This document shows, in pieces, positions 8,386 through 19,322 of a stretch of DNA of 64,000 bases. The first letter of the stretch is position 1. Each line of letters opens with the position of its first letter. The notes beneath the pieces are model-generated. The model worked only from the letters and a program-made list of their open reading frames with translations, was not told the origin of the DNA and searched no databases. The translations under genes were made by a program, and so were the position numbers. Where the stretch lies: the NCBI GenBank assembly GCA_018303325.1, contig JAGVYH010000001.1, positions 24,849 to 88,848 on the forward strand. Direction: 5' to 3'. This DNA is from Candidatus Woesearchaeota archaeon. GTDB lineage: Archaea > Nanobdellota > Nanobdellia > Woesearchaeales > DSVV01.

Positions 8386-10497
8386 TTAATAATTCTTAAT
8401 CAAGCTTTCAATAACTTCTTCCTTCCATCCTGCTTTGATTAATGCTGATTTAATTGACTCTTTTGGCATACCTTTCGCAGTATAATATCTGATATAATTT
8501 AATATTTGTTCACGCTCGTTTTTGTCCATAAACATTGCGTTATATTTTGTAAACAATTGCTGGATTGTGGGTTTATCCCAGCCTAAATTAATTAGCTGAA
8601 CAATGACTTGGTCTTTTGTCAGCCCGTTTTCTAACTGTGACTCAACATAATTAACAAAATTCTGTTCTATTGCCGATGTTTGCTGCGCAAGCTGCAGCGT
8701 CATTGGCTGAGCGAACATCGCTGACTGAACATTTTGGGGTTTTGTTTGCTGCATAGCCATATTATTTTGCTGTAAAAAACTAGGAGATTGCATAGAGGTT
8801 GTGTCTTGTTTTGTTGGTTGAGTTGTCTGATTTGTTGTTTGATTTGTTGATTGACTTCTTAATGCAAGCTCTCGTTTATGCATAAAAATTAATGAAGCAA
8901 TTAAACTTCCAATTAAAACAAATATAACAACACCCCACCAGTATGTTTTTCCTTTTGCTAATATGCTTATATTAGGTTGTTTTGTTAACGCTTTTCCAAC
9001 AACACCTTTTTCTGCTCCAAATTTTTGTTCTTGCTTCTGTTGTTTGGATGCAGCCATTTGTTGTGTTTGCTGCTGCGAAAATGTTAATTCTTCTGATGGC
9101 TCTGATGGTTCTAGCGCAGATTCATCATAAGTTTGTTCGCCGGATAAATCATTAATTTCTTCTCCACCAGCTAAACCATCCGAAGCAATTCCTTCAGGAG
9201 GTAACTGTCCTGATAATTGTTGTGTTGATGGAACCGATGGTTGTTGTAAGAAAGGTGGTTGTTGCAATCCTGTTTGTTGAGGTGGTGTTCCTTGTTGTTC
9301 ATCTTCTTCATAATCTTCTTCTTTATATCCTGCAGGCTGGCAAACGCCCATGCTGCTGCATACATAATTTTTTGCGCATTTATGCTGCTCATCGCATTGT
9401 ATACAGATTAAATAGTCTTGACTGCAAAACATTCCTGTTGTGCATTTAGTGTTGTCTGGTTCTCCATTATCATTCATGCAATCAATAATATCTAAATCAC
9501 ATATTCCTTCAAAACATAAAAACCCTTGCTGGCAATCTGCAGGTGTTTGCTCTGAGCAGGATGTTTTGCATTTGCCTGTATTGTCACAAGCAAAACCTGC
9601 TGTGCAGTCTTTTGATTGTGTTGATATGGTACATTCTGGCGTTGGAATAATTGGTGGTGGTGATGGTGAAGGAAGAGTTGAACCTAAAAGATTAGATGCT
9701 GATGCTGGAATAGTTTTGGCTAGTGGTGGTGTAGTTGGCGTGGAAACACATTCGCCTGTTGCTTTATTGCATATTTCATTTTCTGCGCAGTTTAAATCGT
9801 CAGTACATCCTAACGGTGTTTCGCAGATGCCTTCGTTGCATATCTCTCCTTGTGCGCAGGCAGGAACACATTCTGTCGGCGACAGAGGAACAGGAACACA
9901 TACATTATTCTCGCAGGTTTCTGTTTCTTCGCAGGCAGGAACACATTCTGTCGGCGACAGAGGAACAGGAACACATACATTATTCTCGCAGGTTTCTGTT
10001 TCTTTGCACGCAGGAACACATTCTATCGGCGACAGAGTAATTGAAGACACGCATATATTATTCTCGCAAGTTTCTGTTTCTTTGCACGCAGGAACACATT
10101 CTGTCGGCGACAGAGAAATAGGAACACATACATTATTCTCACAGGTTTCTGTTTCTTCGCAGGCAGGTGTACATTCTATTGATTGTGTTACAACATCTTC
10201 AACACATACATTATTCTCGCAATGCTGCCCTTCAATACATTCTGGAGTACAGCCAGTAAGAGTTTGTCCTTGTGTTCCGTCTGTTCCTTCTTTCGGCGCA
10301 TTCTCAGCACATATACTATTCTCGCAGTGCTCATTCACCCCGCAATCTTCATCTGCTTGGCATACTTCTCCAACTGCCTTTCCAAAGAAATCTTGGTTTA
10401 ATGTGCTAAATAAAAAGACAGAACTAACTAGTATAAGGATAATAGTAAGATATATTGCTATTTGCAATGGTTTTGTGAGCTGGATTTCTTTTGGCAT
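8386..10497 (-). CDS. Cys-rich repeat membrane-anchored surface protein
   Basis: N-terminal TM plus FGKA, 25-aa Cys tandem repeats, Q-rich linker, YWW-TM, and two C-terminal Y..G...I...L...GW domains. Confidence 0.85.
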   Translation of the reverse strand: MPKEIQLTKPLQIAIYLTIILILVSSVFLFSTLNQDFFGKAVGEVCQADEDCGVNEHCENSICAENAPKEGTDGTQGQTLTGCTPECIEGQHCENNVCVEDVVTQSIECTPACEETETCENNVCVPISLSPTECVPACKETETCENNICVSSITLSPIECVPACKETETCENNVCVPVPLSPTECVPACEETETCENNVCVPVPLSPTECVPACAQGEICNEGICETPLGCTDDLNCAENEICNKATGECVSTPTTPPLAKTIPASASNLLGSTLPSPSPPPIIPTPECTISTQSKDCTAGFACDNTGKCKTSCSEQTPADCQQGFLCFEGICDLDIIDCMNDNGEPDNTKCTTGMFCSQDYLICIQCDEQHKCAKNYVCSSMGVCQPAGYKEEDYEEDEQQGTPPQQTGLQQPPFLQQPSVPSTQQLSGQLPPEGIASDGLAGGEEINDLSGEQTYDESALEPSEPSEELTFSQQQTQQMAASKQQKQEQKFGAEKGVVGKALTKQPNISILAKGKTYWWGVVIFVLIGSLIASLIFMHKRELALRSQSTNQTTNQTTQPTKQDTTSMQSPSFLQQNNMAMQQTKPQNVQSAMFAQPMTLQLAQQTSAIEQNFVNYVESQLENGLTKDQVIVQLINLGWDKPTIQQLFTKYNAMFMDKNEREQILNYIRYYTAKGMPKESIKSALIKAGWKEEVIESLIKNY
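9857..10180 (-). repeat. 75 bp coding tandem repeat (~4 units; ECVPACxETETCENNVCVPVPLSPT)
   Basis: Near-identical 75 bp units visible in both DNA and protein. Confidence 0.9.
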
Positions 10498-10648
10498 CTA
10501 TTCACCGCTTTTTTTGATTTCCCTAATTTAAATGATTTTTCTACATCTTAGTTTGGATATGTAATCTTGTTATATATAATTATTTTGTTTTTTGCAAATT
10601 TAAAATTTAAATGTGAAAAAAATAGGGAAGATAAACCTTCCTTGATAA

Positions 10649-11185
10649 TTATAGCAATTTCTTCATCTCAAATACAAATCCTTTTGCTCTCTCCAAAGAG
10701 GTTACTGCTTTGCCTTGTTTTGCCTGCTCATCCATTTGGTATTGAAATTTTGAGCGTTTTTCCCGCTCTTCATCAAGAGATTTCAACAAGGCATCTGCTC
10801 GTTGAGACATTAATTCCATTGCATCTTCTTGGGCATTTTCATATTCTTCCAATAGGTTTTTCTTGAGTTTATCTCGAACAAAAACAATAATTGCATCTGC
10901 TGTTACTTTATGGCTAACCTTATCTCCTACTTTATATCCTAAATTCAATAGAACAGCATTGGCAATGTAATACATTGAATAGTATGAAGCAACAATTACC
11001 CAAAGAAAAGGGTGATATTCTTTACTTTCCAATGCAAGAAGTTTTTTGGCTGTTTCCAAAGAAATATCAGCATTCACTATATACATTGCTTTGGCAGTTT
11101 CATTTGTCTGTTTCTTCAGCAGACTATCTTGTAGATACTGCCTTACATTTGACTCCGCTTCTTTAATACGTTTTTGGTCAAGCAT
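10649..11185 (-). CDS. HEPN-domain toxin
   Basis: SYYSMYYIANA, KVSHK and R..FQY motifs; overlaps the upstream MNT gene. Confidence 0.85.
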   Translation of the reverse strand: MLDQKRIKEAESNVRQYLQDSLLKKQTNETAKAMYIVNADISLETAKKLLALESKEYHPFLWVIVASYYSMYYIANAVLLNLGYKVGDKVSHKVTADAIIVFVRDKLKKNLLEEYENAQEDAMELMSQRADALLKSLDEEREKRSKFQYQMDEQAKQGKAVTSLERAKGFVFEMKKLL

Positions 11186-11753
11186 TTTTCAGTTTATAGT
11201 AAGTTTCAATTCCATACAAGATTATATTATTTTCTATTGCCTCTTGTATTACATTTGAGGTTTTGGAATCTTTCATCCGTATAAATTCCTCTTCTGTAAA
11301 TACCAAAACATGAGTGTTTAGAGGAATTAAAGAGAGAATATCTGAAATTTTAGGTTCAAAATTGCTCTCATTAGATATAAATAAGATGTCAATATCAGAT
11401 GAGGTTGTTTGTTTACCTTTTGAATAAGAACCAAATAAAAGTAAGGTAAACAAACTTGTTTTTACTTTTGACATAATTTCTTTGTAGAGTTGGTTAATAT
11501 TCTTGTTTTTAAGGATGTTTTCTCTTCTTTCATTTTCTGCTTCATAAATTTCAATGCAGTAACACTTTTCGTTTAATTCACATAAAGAGCTTTTTCCTAC
11601 TGTTTGAACTTTGAGAACCTTTTTTTCGATGAGTCTTTGTACTGCGGTATAGGTTATTCTATAATCTGCTTTAATTTGTTTAGCAATTTCTCTAATTGTT
11701 TTTGGTTTTTTGTTTCCGATAAAATGCCTAACTATTTTTAGCTCTGTTTTCAT
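11178..11753 (-). CDS. HTH + minimal nucleotidyltransferase (MNT) antitoxin
   Basis: N-terminal wHTH; LFGSYSKG...SDIDIL. Confidence 0.9.
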   Translation of the reverse strand: MKTELKIVRHFIGNKKPKTIREIAKQIKADYRITYTAVQRLIEKKVLKVQTVGKSSLCELNEKCYCIEIYEAENERRENILKNKNINQLYKEIMSKVKTSLFTLLLFGSYSKGKQTTSSDIDILFISNESNFEPKISDILSLIPLNTHVLVFTEEEFIRMKDSKTSNVIQEAIENNIILYGIETYYKLKNA

Positions 11754-11799
11754 TATGTACTACGATACATCATATTATGTATATAAATCTTTCTGTTAA

Positions 11800-14700
11800 T
11801 TACCTCACCAAAAACTTGTCAATAACATTATCGCTCCATCCCTGAGCTTTAAGTTTTTCCCTGATTTCCTCTGGTGTGTTTCCTTTGTCAAGATAATATG
11901 CAACATACTTCCTTATTTGCTGCTCATATTCCTTTGGCAGCGCATTGTGGAGCTCTTCGTCAAAGATTTGATTAATGTTTTCTATGTTGTAGCCAATTCT
12001 TTCAAGGTTCTTGGTTATTTCTTCTCTGTCTTTTCCTTGACTAAGCTCTTTTTTAATAAAATCTTTTAGCTCATCTTTTTTCATAGAAGTTTCTTCTCTT
12101 GTTTCTTTTGGCGGCTCAGCTCCTTTAAAGGGTTTACGCAGTTCTTCTGGCTGTTCTATTCCTGCGATTACTTCTTCGTGCGGATGTTGTTTTCTTGTTA
12201 TAAGGAATACAATCAATCCTATTAATAGCAAGAAAGGTATTAATGTCCACCAGTATCCTTTTATTTTGTCAAACAAAGGTGTTTCGACAACAGGCGGTAT
12301 TACTTGTGTTGGTAATGTTATCGGTGGTGTGATTATAGGCGCTTCTTTAATCATTGGCTCTTCGCAAGGTTTGCACTTCTTGCCGCCACAGTCTATTCCG
12401 TATTCATCTGCATCTTTTTTATTATTGAAGCAATAATCAGGGCATTTTAATGCACATTTGCCACCACAGTCAACACCTTCTTCGCCAATATCTTTCATTT
12501 TATTGTTGCAACCCGGCGCATAACTCGGCGTGTTGCCTTTGCAGTCATACTGGAACAATAAAGACGTGCCACACTTGCTTAAGCATTTGTAGATTATCTT
12601 GTCTTGAACGCAAGGCGTGTAAGCTTTTTGTGCGTGGCATTTGGCTGAATCCTGCGGGAGCATGCATTCGTTGCTACCACCGCTACTACTTCCACCACTA
12701 GATTGAGCTTGTCCTTGGTCTGGTGGTGGTGTATCTGTGTCAACTGCTGTTGCTTCTGCACAAATGTTGTTAACACAATATGATTTGGTTGTATCTGTGC
12801 AGTCTGTGTTAGATAAACATTCATACATTGGGTCAACACAAACACCTTCTTTTACACACTTGTTATTAGAATTACATTGATAATCTGCTCCACAACCAGA
12901 AGTTGTTGTACTAGTATCACAAACAACTTCTTTACCATCTGCTTTTTCTATATCTGTTATTAAACATTTTTTAGCGATACTATTTTGTTCACAAACAGAG
13001 TTGTCAATACAATTTACTGATTGTAAACAGACACCTAGTTTACACTGTCCATTTGGACAATAATCAGAAAATGGTGATGTTGCTTCTAGTTGTGGTGTGA
13101 TTTCATTTCCATTCTCGTCAAATAATGTCGCAATTACTTTCCAGTCTTTGCATTCTTTGTTTTCTTGGACGACGAGGTGGTTGTATGCGTTTGTTAAGGC
13201 ATCTTGTTTTGGTGTTATTGTAATAACTCCATCACTTGTTGTTGTTTCCATCACGCTGTCATAATTTGCTTTGATTTGTTCTGGTGTTAAGGCGCGGGAG
13301 TAGAGTTTGAATTCGTCGATGACTGTAGATTTGAGGTAACTATCTACTTTAATTGTATTGATATACATAATTTCACTATGTCCAAGATAAAGCTCTTCAA
13401 ATATTAATGGTGTTGAGATTGTTAGTAAGTTAGTTTCACAATATAATTCATTGTTAACATAGACACTTGCTTTAGTTCCATCATAAATTAGATTAACATA
13501 ATTCCATTCAACATTTAAAGGTTTGTTACCAGTACAACTAATTGTGATATCCCCCACTTTTAGATTTATTTTTAATAAAGGCTGTCCATTGTTATTAATA
13601 ATTTCAAATATATCTTGTGGTTTTTCATCGCTACTAAATGGTGTTCCAAATAAAGGACCTTCACTAGTAGATTTTATATTTGCCCAGAATTCAATAGTAA
13701 ATTCATTTAAGTTTGACAATTTATTTGAAATAATATCAACAAAGTAATTATATTCAGTACCACTTGTAGCTATTACTTTTCCTAAATTTTTACCCTTTCC
13801 TATTATTCCATCTATTATTGTTATTCCTGGTTGTAATACCACACCATGAAGATTTAAAGTATTATGACTGTTTCCAGAAATATCCATCAACTCAGCTTCC
13901 AACGGCAAATTCAATAAAGTAATTGATTCATAATTTGATTCTGTTCCATCATACCAATTATAGTGAACACTTCCAACTGTTGGTGTGAATCCTTCAGGAA
14001 TAGTTGTTTCTGCAACAAAGTCGCCATTATTTTCTCTTATTAGTGTTAATGTTGGTGGTGTTACTTCTGCTTCACACTCGCTGATTTCAAAGTCGAAAGT
14101 GTCGTCTGTGACTACTTTAGTTCCTTTATTATCTATCTTTGTTAATGTAACTTTCATACAAGTATCGTCGGCAAGAGTAAATTCTTTAGGTATGTTTAGT
14201 TCAAGACCATCAATGCAAGTTCCTTGAACACAAAATTGGTCTGAAGTACATTCAGATTTACAGGTTTGTTCTTCCTCTTCAACACAAACACCTTTTTGAC
14301 AAACACTCCCATCTGAACATAAAGTATCTAATTCATTCGTCGTAAGCATTTCATCAAATGCTCCACTTTCTCTAAACCAATACCCATCTACTTCCCACTT
14401 TCCACATTCTTTGTTCATGCTTGGAACTAAAGTGTTGTATGAGGTGTAATGTGCTGTATCTTTTACATTACCTTGAGCGTCTATTACACTGTCATAATTA
14501 GCTTGAACTTGTTCAGGTGATAAGGCGATGTCGTAGAGCTTGAATTCGTCGATGAGGCCTAAATAATTTGCTGTTTTTCCAAGATAAAAAGGTGCAGCTA
14601 ATTGTCCAAACGTAAATTCTAAAGAAGTATAATCTATTTCACCTTTATTCTCATCATTTAGATATACAGTTAATTTATTATTTGTTTTGTCATAAACAAC

Positions 14701-16524
14701 AACAAGGTGATTCCATATCTTTTGTGTATATTCAATACTAACTTTATTATCCCATGGGATTTGTTTGTCTTGATTATCTTTACCAATCCAACCTATAATG
14801 AGATTAGGTTTATCATTAACATTCTCTTGTCCAATAATGAATGAGTTTTTATCTGCTATCTCGTTTATCATATTAACTTTTTCAAATAAATATCCTAAAT
14901 TTTCACTATTAAACCACATCTCTATCGTAAAATCATTGTCTAAAACTAAGTTTTCATCGCCAATTTCAACGTAATCATTAACGCCGTCAAAACTAAGAGC
15001 ATGTCCGACAATACCTTTTGATTGAGTAATAATATCATTAACTGTACTGTCAATATTAAGAGTACCACTTATTTCATATAATTGGGTGGTTGTAGTGGAT
15101 TTTTTTTCCATCGGCAGATTAACCACAGTGATTGATTTACTACTACCAACTACTCTTTTTTTCCAGTTGTAATGCATACTGCCCATGAAATCTGATGGTT
15201 GAGATGGTTCTGGAAATAATGAGACAATGAGGTCTTCATTATCTGTTTTATCTAGAATAATAGATGAAAGTGTATATTCTCCACACTCTTTTATAGAAAA
15301 ATCAATATTATCATTAGTATCAATATCTAAAATAGTAACTTCAAAACAAGTATTATCATCTGTATATAGTTTATATGTTTCACCAATGCCTAAAGAATCT
15401 ATTGGCTCACCAACACACTTTGCTTCTTCGCAAGAAGAACTCCCAGAAGGACAACTTGTCATTTTTTCAACTAAACATTGCTGGCCAAATTGGCAATCAG
15501 AGTTTGCTAAACAATTCAAACTTATTGTTTTGCCAATTACAGAAACAAAATCTCCTGTTTGTTTACCAAACAGATTTTCTTTAATTGTCCATGTGGGGAG
15601 AACAGGTCCACCAACAAAGATATTATTTGCATGTAATGTTTCAAAGCTTTTTCCATTTTTCATATCTTGATAATTTGCTTCTATTTGGCTTAAAGACAAA
15701 GCACGAGGATAAATTCTAACTTCATCAACAATGAGGTTACCATTTAGAGAATTTAAACGTTTAGGTAATATATTTAAGTTATATTGTGTTAAAGAATTAA
15801 TAGGGTGATATCCAATATATTTTGTTTGTAACTTATCATCTGTTTTCAAGAACAGAGATTGTTTGTCATATCCAAAAACAACATAAACAAAATCATCTTT
15901 GGGAAGAGGATTGCAATCAAAGGAGTTGATTGTATACAACGTATCATACTCATCATAAAAACCAGCATTAATTTTATAACCTAATTGAACTCCAAAACCA
16001 GTAGAGATAAAACACATTTCTAAACTCAAAAAGTATTGATCTCGATTAGATAATAAGTTTATTTTTGAATTAGATTCAAGATTTTTGATTTTAAACCTTG
16101 TTTCTATTGTAAATTCATTTTTACCTGACAATAAATTCTTAAAATGGTCATCAGTAAAAACTAAACTTTGTTCTTTGTCGCTAAGATCAAACTCAATCGC
16201 TGTTCCTACAACCGTCTCATCAAGAAAAGGAATATATAAAATGGGTGGATTATCTTGTGGGAATAATTGTCCTTCCATTCCTGAAACAATATCCTTTGTC
16301 TTACCATTTGGATTGAGTACCATAGGTAAATTAAGCAGTGCCAACGAGCCATAGATAATTGGTGACTCCCAATTAAGAGCAACCATAATATCATTGCTTT
16401 CAATAGGATTTACCTTAACACCATCTTTAGTCACAGTAAAATAATTGTTATCCGCAACTACAAAAACAAAACTTAAAACAAGGATTAATATAATTAAAAT
16501 TATAATTATCCCTTTATTTTTCAA
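11800..16524 (-). CDS. Large surface protein with three LamG/concanavalin-like domains, Cys-rich repeats and TM anchor
   Basis: Signal peptide (TTG start, GAGGAGG SD); three DE(V/F)(R/K)(I/L)Y..ALS..QI.ANY motifs; E.GVDCGG repeats; YWW-TM; paired GY/GW cytoplasmic domains. Confidence 0.9.
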   Translation of the reverse strand: MKNKGIIIILIILILVLSFVFVVADNNYFTVTKDGVKVNPIESNDIMVALNWESPIIYGSLALLNLPMVLNPNGKTKDIVSGMEGQLFPQDNPPILYIPFLDETVVGTAIEFDLSDKEQSLVFTDDHFKNLLSGKNEFTIETRFKIKNLESNSKINLLSNRDQYFLSLEMCFISTGFGVQLGYKINAGFYDEYDTLYTINSFDCNPLPKDDFVYVVFGYDKQSLFLKTDDKLQTKYIGYHPINSLTQYNLNILPKRLNSLNGNLIVDEVRIYPRALSLSQIEANYQDMKNGKSFETLHANNIFVGGPVLPTWTIKENLFGKQTGDFVSVIGKTISLNCLANSDCQFGQQCLVEKMTSCPSGSSSCEEAKCVGEPIDSLGIGETYKLYTDDNTCFEVTILDIDTNDNIDFSIKECGEYTLSSIILDKTDNEDLIVSLFPEPSQPSDFMGSMHYNWKKRVVGSSKSITVVNLPMEKKSTTTTQLYEISGTLNIDSTVNDIITQSKGIVGHALSFDGVNDYVEIGDENLVLDNDFTIEMWFNSENLGYLFEKVNMINEIADKNSFIIGQENVNDKPNLIIGWIGKDNQDKQIPWDNKVSIEYTQKIWNHLVVVYDKTNNKLTVYLNDENKGEIDYTSLEFTFGQLAAPFYLGKTANYLGLIDEFKLYDIALSPEQVQANYDSVIDAQGNVKDTAHYTSYNTLVPSMNKECGKWEVDGYWFRESGAFDEMLTTNELDTLCSDGSVCQKGVCVEEEEQTCKSECTSDQFCVQGTCIDGLELNIPKEFTLADDTCMKVTLTKIDNKGTKVVTDDTFDFEISECEAEVTPPTLTLIRENNGDFVAETTIPEGFTPTVGSVHYNWYDGTESNYESITLLNLPLEAELMDISGNSHNTLNLHGVVLQPGITIIDGIIGKGKNLGKVIATSGTEYNYFVDIISNKLSNLNEFTIEFWANIKSTSEGPLFGTPFSSDEKPQDIFEIINNNGQPLLKINLKVGDITISCTGNKPLNVEWNYVNLIYDGTKASVYVNNELYCETNLLTISTPLIFEELYLGHSEIMYINTIKVDSYLKSTVIDEFKLYSRALTPEQIKANYDSVMETTTSDGVITITPKQDALTNAYNHLVVQENKECKDWKVIATLFDENGNEITPQLEATSPFSDYCPNGQCKLGVCLQSVNCIDNSVCEQNSIAKKCLITDIEKADGKEVVCDTSTTTSGCGADYQCNSNNKCVKEGVCVDPMYECLSNTDCTDTTKSYCVNNICAEATAVDTDTPPPDQGQAQSSGGSSSGGSNECMLPQDSAKCHAQKAYTPCVQDKIIYKCLSKCGTSLLFQYDCKGNTPSYAPGCNNKMKDIGEEGVDCGGKCALKCPDYCFNNKKDADEYGIDCGGKKCKPCEEPMIKEAPIITPPITLPTQVIPPVVETPLFDKIKGYWWTLIPFLLLIGLIVFLITRKQHPHEEVIAGIEQPEELRKPFKGAEPPKETREETSMKKDELKDFIKKELSQGKDREEITKNLERIGYNIENINQIFDEELHNALPKEYEQQIRKYVAYYLDKGNTPEEIREKLKAQGWSDNVIDKFLVR

Positions 16525-16584
16525 GAAAATCCCCTCCTCTTTTTTAGTATTATCATTTCAATCATTTTTTATTTTTTAAAAAAT

Positions 16585-17046
16585 TTATTTAGCATCATTA
16601 CCAGAACTGCCACTACTACCAGTTTCACTGCCTGTTCCTGTTCCACTCCCACTCGCTACTGGTAAGATACAATCATTATCTGCTTTATCTATCTTCTCAT
16701 CACAATCATCATCTTTGTTGTTGTTACATATCGTTTCTTTTTGCTCACATGTATCAACTTTTATTTCACTTAATGCTTTAGAATTATCAGCTAATGTTTT
16801 GACAGAACCAAGACTTAATAAATAGTTTTTATCGTTATAACTAAATTTATATGTTGTTGAGGGAGATTTATCATTCACATTTAATTCGTTATCTGAAACT
16901 ACCCCTATTGATGTGTATGCTTTTCCAATAAGATCAGTAGGGTTAAGCAAATTAAACAACTGGTATGCACCAACTAAAACAAGCAGAACAATTAAGATTA
17001 ATATGACTTTTTCGTATGTTTTTTTATACCCTTTCATTAAAATCAC
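16585..17046 (-). CDS. Small membrane-anchored protein (paralog of 21386-21943)
   Basis: TM plus IGKA; CNNNKDDDCDEKID metal-binding-like motif; G/S tail ending NDAK. Confidence 0.75.
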   Translation of the reverse strand: MILMKGYKKTYEKVILILIVLLVLVGAYQLFNLLNPTDLIGKAYTSIGVVSDNELNVNDKSPSTTYKFSYNDKNYLLSLGSVKTLADNSKALSEIKVDTCEQKETICNNNKDDDCDEKIDKADNDCILPVASGSGTGTGSETGSSGSSGNDAK

Positions 17047-17150
17047 CTTTTTGTTTAGACATAAATATATATCTCTATGATTTTTATATCTTCTACTATA
17101 TAAAGTTTATTATTTAATTTATATAAATAATTTATAGATAAAATATAATA

Positions 17151-17861
17151 TTAATCATATTTAGAAAACAAATCATTCCATCTAATTCTTGTGATATCTA
17201 AAAACATTTTAACACCATCTTTTAAAAGAGTGACTTTTGTATCTTTGTTGTTGAGCCATCTGACTGGCTGTTCTTTTATGTTATAACCATATTTTTTTGC
17301 AAGGTAAATTACTTCAACATCAAAACTAAATCCATCTAATCTTTGTTTGGTAAAAATCCCATGTGCCACGCCTTTTTTAAATAATTTAAATCCGCATTGT
17401 GTATCTTTAATTCCTCTTATAACAAAGAGTTGAACTATTAAATTAAAAACCTTACCGCTAAATTCTCTAAAAAAAGGCTGATGTATAATTACATTTGATT
17501 CCTTTAAGCCTCTTGAACCTATTACAACATCATATTGTTTAATAATGTCCAAAAATACATCTAATTCATCAATTGGTGCTGATAAATCTGCATCAGTAAA
17601 TAATATTAACTCCTTTGTTGCAGATAAAATACCTTTTCTAACTGAATAACCTTTGCCCTTATTTACATTGTTTTTGAGAACGTTAATCTTTTTATTTTTT
17701 AAAGAATTTGCAACTTCAATAGTTTTATCAGAAGAACCATCATCTACTATAATAATCTCATAATTATGTTTTCTCAATTTCAAGAATTGAATAATTTTTT
17801 TGAGAGAATCTAAAATACGCTTTTCTTCATTATATACGGGGATTACAATTGAAATATCCAT
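17151..17861 (-). CDS. GT2 dolichyl/polyprenyl-phosphate beta-glycosyltransferase
   Basis: ISIVIPVYNE, VDDGSSD, NKGKG, FTDADLS, DTQCGFKLF and FSFDVE motifs. Confidence 0.95.
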   Translation of the reverse strand: MDISIVIPVYNEEKRILDSLKKIIQFLKLRKHNYEIIIVDDGSSDKTIEVANSLKNKKINVLKNNVNKGKGYSVRKGILSATKELILFTDADLSAPIDELDVFLDIIKQYDVVIGSRGLKESNVIIHQPFFREFSGKVFNLIVQLFVIRGIKDTQCGFKLFKKGVAHGIFTKQRLDGFSFDVEVIYLAKKYGYNIKEQPVRWLNNKDTKVTLLKDGVKMFLDITRIRWNDLFSKYD

Positions 17862-17896
17862 CTTATTGTAATAATTTTTGTGAAGTTTATATTTTT

Positions 17897-19318
17897 TTAG
17901 TTTTTACAGACCATTATTTGCCCAATACCGCCAGTTAGGATATCATTTTGAACATCAATCGTGAGATTATATTCACCTTTTTTAAGGTTAATTGACTCTT
18001 TTAACGGTATGTACACATCATTATGGTAAACAGAATAATTACCTATACTAATAATTCCGCTATCATCTATATACGCTGCATATATTTTTGAATAGTCTTT
18101 ATCAATGTTTATCCTTGTCGCATATATACAATTAGATAACGGTTCTTGGCTAAAATAAGGTGTTGTTATTTCATTAGCAGATTTATCTAATCTATTTTTA
18201 CACGATATATTAAACTTTTTTATATCCTGACACCCATCTTTAGCTAGATAATAGTTCTGTGAATATAGTTGTGGAATATTTGGAAGTTTTGCAGCAAAAG
18301 AAACTATAATCACAAAAATCATAAGCAATCCAATAATCTTGTAATATCTCGTCTTAAGGTGTGTGATAAATTCCAGTGAGATTAGTGATAAAAAAGGTAT
18401 CGCTACAAAGAAGTATCTTGGAAAAATTATGTTTACCAAAAGCATTAATAATAATATATAACATATTACAAAATATTTCAGATAATTTACTAACCTCTGT
18501 CTTGTATAGTAAAACAATGCAGTTAACGATAATACGCAGAATAAGGGATTAAAATAATATATTATATTAAACAACAGCTCTTTATTGAACATAATTGTGG
18601 TTGGATTAATTTTCATAACAATAAAATTAAACGACTTAAAAATAAAAAAAAGAGTTGTGATAATTATATATGGAAATAAAAAGAGAATATATCTTTTAAT
18701 AAGCATTAAATTTATTTTGTAATTATTTACTACAAAAAACATAATCAAAAAGAATAACACTAAATAAACACCAATCACCCTCGTTAATGATGCTAAACCA
18801 ACCAATATTCCTAAGATAATATAATCCATTTTGTTCTCGCTGAAATTATCATTGGTAATCTTTCTAAAATAAAAGTATAAAGATAATATTACAAAGAAGA
18901 TAAATAATGTGTCCGTGAATAATAATGAAGAAAGAGTAATGGTTTCAGGATTGGTTAAAAATAAGAGGGTCGTTAGTATAGAGTATTTATCGTCCATAAT
19001 CAAACGTGATAATTTAAATAGAAAAAATACAGAGAGAGACATAAAAAAAGCATTAATCATTCTTAATATTATCAATACAGATTTAAAAAATGATAAAATA
19101 AGAGGATATAAGACACTTGATGTATGTTCAAACCAAACAAACTCACCACTCTTAAGATACTGCGCTTGAAAATAGTAAAAAACTTCATCGCCGGTAAGAG
19201 TGTCATGTGGTGTATTAAATAGGATTACAAAAGTATACAAAACAAAAGCAATTATTGCTAGTCCAATACCTATCTTGTTATCACTTATTTTTTGTTTAAT
19301 ATTATTTAAATTATTCAT
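17897..19318 (-). CDS. GT-C (PMT_2/ArnT-like) membrane glycosyltransferase
   Basis: Multi-TM; GDE..Y loop, ..PLYP, TDTLF and PRYFF motifs. Confidence 0.8.
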   Translation of the reverse strand: MNNLNNIKQKISDNKIGIGLAIIAFVLYTFVILFNTPHDTLTGDEVFYYFQAQYLKSGEFVWFEHTSSVLYPLILSFFKSVLIILRMINAFFMSLSVFFLFKLSRLIMDDKYSILTTLLFLTNPETITLSSLLFTDTLFIFFVILSLYFYFRKITNDNFSENKMDYIILGILVGLASLTRVIGVYLVLFFLIMFFVVNNYKINLMLIKRYILFLFPYIIITTLFFIFKSFNFIVMKINPTTIMFNKELLFNIIYYFNPLFCVLSLTALFYYTRQRLVNYLKYFVICYILLLMLLVNIIFPRYFFVAIPFLSLISLEFITHLKTRYYKIIGLLMIFVIIVSFAAKLPNIPQLYSQNYYLAKDGCQDIKKFNISCKNRLDKSANEITTPYFSQEPLSNCIYATRINIDKDYSKIYAAYIDDSGIISIGNYSVYHNDVYIPLKESINLKKGEYNLTIDVQNDILTGGIGQIMVCKN

Positions 19319-19322
19319 TAAT

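Noticed and set aside
9440-10531. 363 aa plus-strand ORF
   Set aside because: Antisense shadow of the Cys-rich repeat gene.
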